Positions 59,510-64,000 of a DNA stretch of 64,000 nucleotides are shown in pieces. Made by a program: the position numbers and the translations under genes. Numbering within the stretch: the first letter of the stretch is position 1; each line of letters begins with the position of its first letter. This DNA comes from a virus. Taxonomy: Duplodnaviria; Caudoviricetes. The notes beneath the pieces were generated by a model. The model was not told the DNA's origin and ran no database searches. It was given only the letters and a program-made list of their open reading frames with translations. The stretch is from positions 39,159 through 103,158 of IMG/VR virus record IMGVR_UViG_3300030095_006840; one strand, written 5' to 3'.

Positions 59510-59908
59510 GTGAAAATAACAAAACAAAAGCTCCAACAGATTATTTCGGAAGAGCTAGAAAATACCGAACTTAATGAATTCGGCGAAAGAGCACGAAAAC
59601 AGGCAGAAGAGGACGCAAAACAATTTCCTGAAGTTTGGGAAGCTGTTCAAGCAGGAATTGAAAAACTGTCAAAAATTCATCCTGGATTAAATATGGGATA
59701 CATGTCGGGGATGCCAAATACTGATGAAATTAATGCTGCTGTGCGCGATGGTCTAGAGTCGTTACGACAACTTGAGGACAGCGAGCAACAATATATGGCG
59801 GCTTATCAAATTTTAATGAACATGTCAGCTATGATGTCTAATCGGCGTTCTAGTGGTCCAGCGCGATATTACGCTGAAAAAGAACCTGGACAATATACTG
59901 GCGATTAA
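59510..59908 (+). CDS. Hypothetical protein with MKITKxxLxxIIxEEL leader
   Basis: Intact ORF with GTG start; leader shared with 63521. Confidence 0.6.
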   Translation: MKITKQKLQQIISEELENTELNEFGERARKQAEEDAKQFPEVWEAVQAGIEKLSKIHPGLNMGYMSGMPNTDEINAAVRDGLESLRQLEDSEQQYMAAYQILMNMSAMMSNRRSSGPARYYAEKEPGQYTGD

Positions 59909-59916
59909 TTTTCTCC

Positions 59917-59945
59917 TTGACATTCATATTCTAGTGTAGTATAAT
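59917..59945 (+). promoter_or_regulatory. Consensus sigma70 promoter
   Basis: TTGACA (59917-59922), N17, TATAAT (59940-59945), intergenic. Confidence 0.85.
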
Positions 59946-59953
59946 TCTATTAT

Positions 59954-62900
59954 ATGAAATTTGCTCACATTGCGGATACGCATATCCGCAACCTAAAATA
60001 TCATAAAGAATACAAAGAAGTATTTGAGAAAATCTACGAATCTTTGAAGAAAGACAAGGTAGATTATATTATTCATTGTGGTGATATATGTCACACAAAA
60101 ACGCAAATTAGTCCAGAATATGTTGAGATGGCATCAAACTTCCTTTCGAGTTTGGCAGACATTGCTCCAACATATGTTATATTGGGAAATCATGACGGGA
60201 ATTTAAGAAATGGAAACAGACAAGATTCTATTACTCCAATCGCTGATGCGTTGGATCACCAAAATTTATACCTTTTAAAAAACTCTGGAGAGACAGTCCT
60301 TAATAATGACTTTGCTCTAAATGTTCTTTCGGTATTTGACACCGACAATTGGGCCAAACCAACGAACAAAAAAAGAGTAAACATTGCTCTTTATCATGGT
60401 TCTATCAGTGGATGTACAACAGACATTGGTTGGAAGATGGAACATGGCGAACATGATATGTCTATCTTTAAGAATTTTGATTATGCAATGTTGGGAGACA
60501 TTCATCTTGAAAATCAAATTCTCGATAAGGATGGTCGAGTTAGATATGCTGGTTCCACAATTCAACAAAACTTTGGTGAGGCCACCGACAAGGGTTATTT
60601 GCTGTGGAACATCAAAGACAAAAAGAATTTTTATTGTAAACCAGTTCTGTTCACAAACCCAAAACCTTTTCTGTCAATCCCTTTAACAGAAGAGGGTAAG
60701 GTTCCAACAGACGAAAAATACCCTGAAGGAGCAAGACTAAGACTGGTAATTCAGAATAGCATCTCATCTAATGCTCTTAAAAAAGCAGTTGATGTTGCTA
60801 GAAAAACCTATAAGCCAGAATCTATCTCGGTCATCAACAAATCCTCAACAGTAGACGGGGTTACAGTTTCAGAAGATTTCAAGAAAGAAGACCTTCGCGA
60901 CATTGCGGTTCAAGAAAACTTAATTCGTGAATATCTTAAGGATTATAACATTAATGAGGAGTTGGATAAGCGAGTTATTGATCTCAACAAAAAATATAAC
61001 GAGATTGCTGAGAAAAATGATGAGACTTATCGAAATACTAACTATGAAATTCTTGAACTTGAGTGGGATAATCTCTTTAATTATGGTGAAGGTAATCGTC
61101 TAAATTTTACAAATTTTACTGGAATTACTGGTATTTTTGGAAAGAACTTTTCAGGCAAGTCAAGTATTGTTGATTCTCTTTTGTTTACAATTTATAATTC
61201 AATTTCAAAGAATTCACGCAAAAGTCTTAATATCGTCAACAACAATAAGACCGAAGGTTATGGGCATGTAAAAATCCGCCGTGGAAATAAAGTATATTCT
61301 ATTCATCGAAAAGTGGAGAAGTACCTTAAAAAGTTAAAGGGTAAAGAAACAATAGAAGCCAAAACAATTGTAGATTTTAGTTGTACCGATGCTATTACAG
61401 AGCAAACTGAATCCTTAAATGGATTAACTCGCGCCGACACTGATCGTAATATAGTTAAATATTTTGGAACTCTTGAAGATTTTTTACTAACTTCAATGTC
61501 ATCCCAGATGGGGGCACTCAATTTTATTAGCGAAGGCTCCACGAAACGAAAAGAGATTTTAGCTAAGTTTTTAGATTTAGATTTATTAGAAAAGAAATTT
61601 AAAGGTGCAAAAGACGATGCAGCCGAATTAAAAGCTGCGATCAAACACTTGGAAAATGTTGACCACGAGTCGGAACTGAAAAAATATGAAAAAGAAATGT
61701 CCGACAATGAAGCTGTGACAGAGGCTCGTAAAAGCCAGTGCGAAAGATTGAGAGAAAAAATTTCTGCAACAGAAGAACAGATTCAATCATTGGAAACAAA
61801 GATAAACTCAGCTCCAACAGAAATAATAAATATAAATGAAGTTCGTGATGATATTAGTGGTTGTAAAACTAGCATTACAAATCTAGAGCATGAAATTCAA
61901 ACTACAACGGAAGAAAACGAAAAAAATAAAGATAAAGTAAAAAAAGCAAAAGACTTTATCGGCGTATTTGATGTTGAGAAATTAAAAGAAAAGCAAGTTA
62001 ATTATGAAAATAGATTAACAAATATTGAAAAATTAAAAGAAGAATTGGTGCAAGCGGAAAACAAACTAGAGCTTCTTTCCAACGATGAGTGTTATACTTG
62101 CGGACAACAAATTACGACAAAAACTAAAAAACAAATTCAACAAAAAGTTGAAGATAAAAAGAACACGCTTAAGGTTCAGACTGAAGGTGCAATTAATAAT
62201 TCAATAACAGAAAATGATCTAAACAAGGTCATTCAAGAGATTAATAAATTTGACGAATTAGTTAAATTAAAAAACAATCTTGAGAGAAAAATACCAAACC
62301 AAATTTTAATGATTGAAAATCTTGCGTCACGCAAAAGCTTGGCAGAACACGAGTTAAAAGATTTTCAAGATAAGGAAAGGGTTTACGAAGAGAACAAAGA
62401 AGTTATTGAAAATATAAATGAAATTATTGCCGAGACTGGTAATAAACAAAAAGAATTAAAAGGATATAAAACAGAACTCAAACAGTGTGAAAAAATTCTT
62501 TTAGATCTTTATAAATCTCATGGATATTATGAACAAAAAATAGAAAACCTAAGAGAACAAAAAGCACAAAAAGAACAATCTCAGAATGAGTATGAAGCTT
62601 TTGATCTTTATATGCGAGCAATGCACCCAAATGGAATTGCCTATGACATTATTAAAAAAAGCTTGCCAGTCATCAATTCAGAAATTTCAAAGGTGTTGGC
62701 AAATGTAGTAGATTTTGAAGTGTTTTTCGAAACAGAAGACAACCGTTTAGACATCTACATCAAACACCCCGATCGAGATCCGAGCCCTCTTGAGATGGCA
62801 AGTGGTGCCGAAAAAACTGTGTCTGCAATGGCTGTTCGTTTGGCATTCATTGCCGTCTCTACTATTCCGCGAAGTCAACTGTTTGTGTTGGACGAACCAG

Positions 62901-63070
62901 GAACTGCACTAGACGAAGAACGAATGGAAGGATTTACACGAATTCTTGAGATCGTAAAATCTGTTTTCAAAACAGTGATGTTGATTTCTCACCTTGACAA
63001 CCTTAAAGATTCGGCAGATTCAGTTATTACCATTGAAAAGAAAGATGGTTACGCGAATGTTAATGTCTAG
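59954..63070 (+). CDS. Fused Mre11-Rad50 (SbcD-SbcC, T4 gp47-gp46-like) nuclease/ATPase
   Basis: Phosphoesterase motifs ADTH, HCGD, GNHD, LYHG, GDIH, YAGS. Walker A GKNFSGKS, coiled coils with CYTC zinc hook, signature ASGAEK, Walker B LFVLDEPGTALD, H-loop ISH. Confidence 0.92.
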   Translation: MKFAHIADTHIRNLKYHKEYKEVFEKIYESLKKDKVDYIIHCGDICHTKTQISPEYVEMASNFLSSLADIAPTYVILGNHDGNLRNGNRQDSITPIADALDHQNLYLLKNSGETVLNNDFALNVLSVFDTDNWAKPTNKKRVNIALYHGSISGCTTDIGWKMEHGEHDMSIFKNFDYAMLGDIHLENQILDKDGRVRYAGSTIQQNFGEATDKGYLLWNIKDKKNFYCKPVLFTNPKPFLSIPLTEEGKVPTDEKYPEGARLRLVIQNSISSNALKKAVDVARKTYKPESISVINKSSTVDGVTVSEDFKKEDLRDIAVQENLIREYLKDYNINEELDKRVIDLNKKYNEIAEKNDETYRNTNYEILELEWDNLFNYGEGNRLNFTNFTGITGIFGKNFSGKSSIVDSLLFTIYNSISKNSRKSLNIVNNNKTEGYGHVKIRRGNKVYSIHRKVEKYLKKLKGKETIEAKTIVDFSCTDAITEQTESLNGLTRADTDRNIVKYFGTLEDFLLTSMSSQMGALNFISEGSTKRKEILAKFLDLDLLEKKFKGAKDDAAELKAAIKHLENVDHESELKKYEKEMSDNEAVTEARKSQCERLREKISATEEQIQSLETKINSAPTEIININEVRDDISGCKTSITNLEHEIQTTTEENEKNKDKVKKAKDFIGVFDVEKLKEKQVNYENRLTNIEKLKEELVQAENKLELLSNDECYTCGQQITTKTKKQIQQKVEDKKNTLKVQTEGAINNSITENDLNKVIQEINKFDELVKLKNNLERKIPNQILMIENLASRKSLAEHELKDFQDKERVYEENKEVIENINEIIAETGNKQKELKGYKTELKQCEKILLDLYKSHGYYEQKIENLREQKAQKEQSQNEYEAFDLYMRAMHPNGIAYDIIKKSLPVINSEISKVLANVVDFEVFFETEDNRLDIYIKHPDRDPSPLEMASGAEKTVSAMAVRLAFIAVSTIPRSQLFVLDEPGTALDEERMEGFTRILEIVKSVFKTVMLISHLDNLKDSADSVITIEKKDGYANVNV

Positions 63071-63074
63071 CTGA

Positions 63075-63082
63075 CTATTTAT
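63075..63082 (+). promoter_or_regulatory. Putative phage late promoter CTATTTAT
   Basis: Intergenic, upstream of an AGGAGG RBS and the membrane-protein genes. Confidence 0.5.
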
Positions 63083-63106
63083 ATTTACACAGGAGGACGT
63101 GTAAAT

Positions 63107-63337
63107 ATGAAAGAAATTTTAGATAAATTGAACGAAGGGGTTAGTGGCGTCACTAGCCTTGTTATGAGCTTGCTCACTCTGGGCATTCTTGTTGAAGTAA
63201 TTTATGGTGCTGGCATTTTCGGAATGGGAATTGTTGGCAATGTTGTAAAAATTATTGACTCCGTTGGTCAAAGCGGTTTTGTTGGGCTTTTGTCTCTCAT
63301 TGTTTTGTTGACCTTGTTTAAAGGTAATGGGAAATGA
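63107..63337 (+). CDS. Small membrane protein (2-3 hydrophobic segments)
   Basis: AGGAGG RBS; VTSLVMSLLTLGILVEVIYG and GFVGLLSLIVLLTLF. Confidence 0.7.
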   Translation: MKEILDKLNEGVSGVTSLVMSLLTLGILVEVIYGAGIFGMGIVGNVVKIIDSVGQSGFVGLLSLIVLLTLFKGNGK

Positions 63338-63519
63338 GTGCGGTAGTAGACCAAGCACTATCTAAAGTAGTATCACGAAAATTTACAGTTTTTGCCCTTT
63401 CGACCCTGTTTTTATATTTGGGTCAACTTAATGGTGATCAATGGGTTGCCATCTCTTTAGGCTATATTGGCATTCAAGGTATTGCTGATATTGCATCTAA
63501 ATGGAAGCATGGAATGTAG
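63334..63519 (+). CDS. Holin-like small membrane protein
   Basis: SRKF followed by two hydrophobic helices and a basic C-terminus. Confidence 0.5.
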   Translation: MSAVVDQALSKVVSRKFTVFALSTLFLYLGQLNGDQWVAISLGYIGIQGIADIASKWKHGM

Positions 63520-63520
63520 A

Positions 63521-64000
63521 ATGTTGAATATAAGCGAAAAAGAATTACAAGCAATAGTTTCTGAAGAGTTGCAAAAGGTGTTGAATGAATCTCAACTTAA
63601 TGAAGGGTTTTTTCAATCTGTCTTTGGAGCATTGTCAAACTTAGTTGGGACTGGTGTTGTTCAAAATGTGAAAGAATGGATCGCAATGAAAGTTTTGGGC
63701 TTTATGGGCATCGAACGCGGTGGTCTTCTTTCAAAGATTATCACAAACATGTTTGGCAACTTAACTCTTGAAGATTTGTCCAACATAATGAGTGGAGATC
63801 GACAATGTATTGCGGCGACTAGCGAAATCGCGGGAGGTGTAACTGAAACAATTGCTGAACAAATCCCGGAGATACTGGGCATCAAAACTGATAGTTGGTT
63901 TGCAGGTGCAGCCCGAGAAAGTTTTGGCGAAACCTTTTTAGAAGGTATTAATGTGGCGGTTGCGGAAACTGTTTGTGAGTTCGATTTTGCATCTTTGTTT
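63521..64000 (+). CDS. Hypothetical protein with ISEKELxxIVxEEL…LNE leader, 3'-truncated by window edge
   Basis: Open frame from ATG 63521 to the window end: MLNISEKELQAIVSEELQKVLNESQLNEGFFQSVFGALSNLVG…. Confidence 0.7.
   Translation, partial: MLNISEKELQAIVSEELQKVLNESQLNEGFFQSVFGALSNLVGTGVVQNVKEWIAMKVLGFMGIERGGLLSKIITNMFGNLTLEDLSNIMSGDRQCIAATSEIAGGVTETIAEQIPEILGIKTDSWFAGAARESFGETFLEGINVAVAETVCEFDFASLF

Noticed and set aside
794-63885. Minus-strand and nested short ORFs in the ORF track
   Set aside because: All are shadows of long + strand genes and have no recognisable motifs.
1-64000. Giant eukaryotic virus (NCLDV) origin, suggested by glycan genes, Mre11-Rad50 fusion and NLS-like basic stretches
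   Set aside because: gp25/gp6-like baseplate genes, DnaG-type primase, sigma-like protein, Shine-Dalgarno sites, sigma70 promoters and overlapping operon structure indicate a tailed bacteriophage.
1-64000. Stop-codon recoding (as in some large phages)
   Set aside because: Very long ORFs are intact under the standard code, and TAA, TAG and TGA all end genes at sensible boundaries.
1-64000. CRISPR arrays, tRNAs, rRNA, IS elements, introns/inteins, DGR repeats
   Set aside because: None recognised by eye, and the intergenic gaps are mostly too short. A tRNAscan/Infernal/repeat search would be needed to exclude them fully.

Overview
Nearly all coding on the + strand, AT-rich, standard genetic code. 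This is a segment of a large (probably jumbo) tailed dsDNA phage with a contractile-type baseplate. It has four blocks. (1) 1-20.2 kb: an island of about 25 glycan/nucleotide-sugar genes (GT4+GT2 fusion, several GT-A folds, GT47 exostosin-like, GT29 sialyltransferase-like, KdsA, NeuA-type cytidylyltransferase, DapA/NanA-type aldolase, AsnB-type amidotransferase, methyltransferases, two PhyH dioxygenases, PLP enzyme, nucleotidyltransferase-kinase fusion, gmd/fcl). (2) 20.2-22 kb: small genes including an FmdB zinc ribbon and a phage sigma-factor-like protein. (3) 22-57.6 kb: baseplate/tail module (spike-like, gp25-like, gp6-like, 2.7k- and 3.2k-aa giants, LamG proteins). (4) 57.6-64 kb: RuvC-like resolvase, primase, single-chain Mre11-Rad50, holin-like membrane proteins and small proteins with a shared leader. 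The main candidate system is phage-encoded virion glycosylation: a tripeptide [S/T]-[G/A/S]-S is strongly and selectively enriched in a subset of the virion proteins next to the glycan island. Other notable items are an unannotated 31-aa, 10-Cys micro-protein with a strong RBS, a recurrent CTAWTTAT putative late promoter, and a tail-collar-like domain apparently split between gene pairs. All calls come from motif recognition by eye; no database searches were run.
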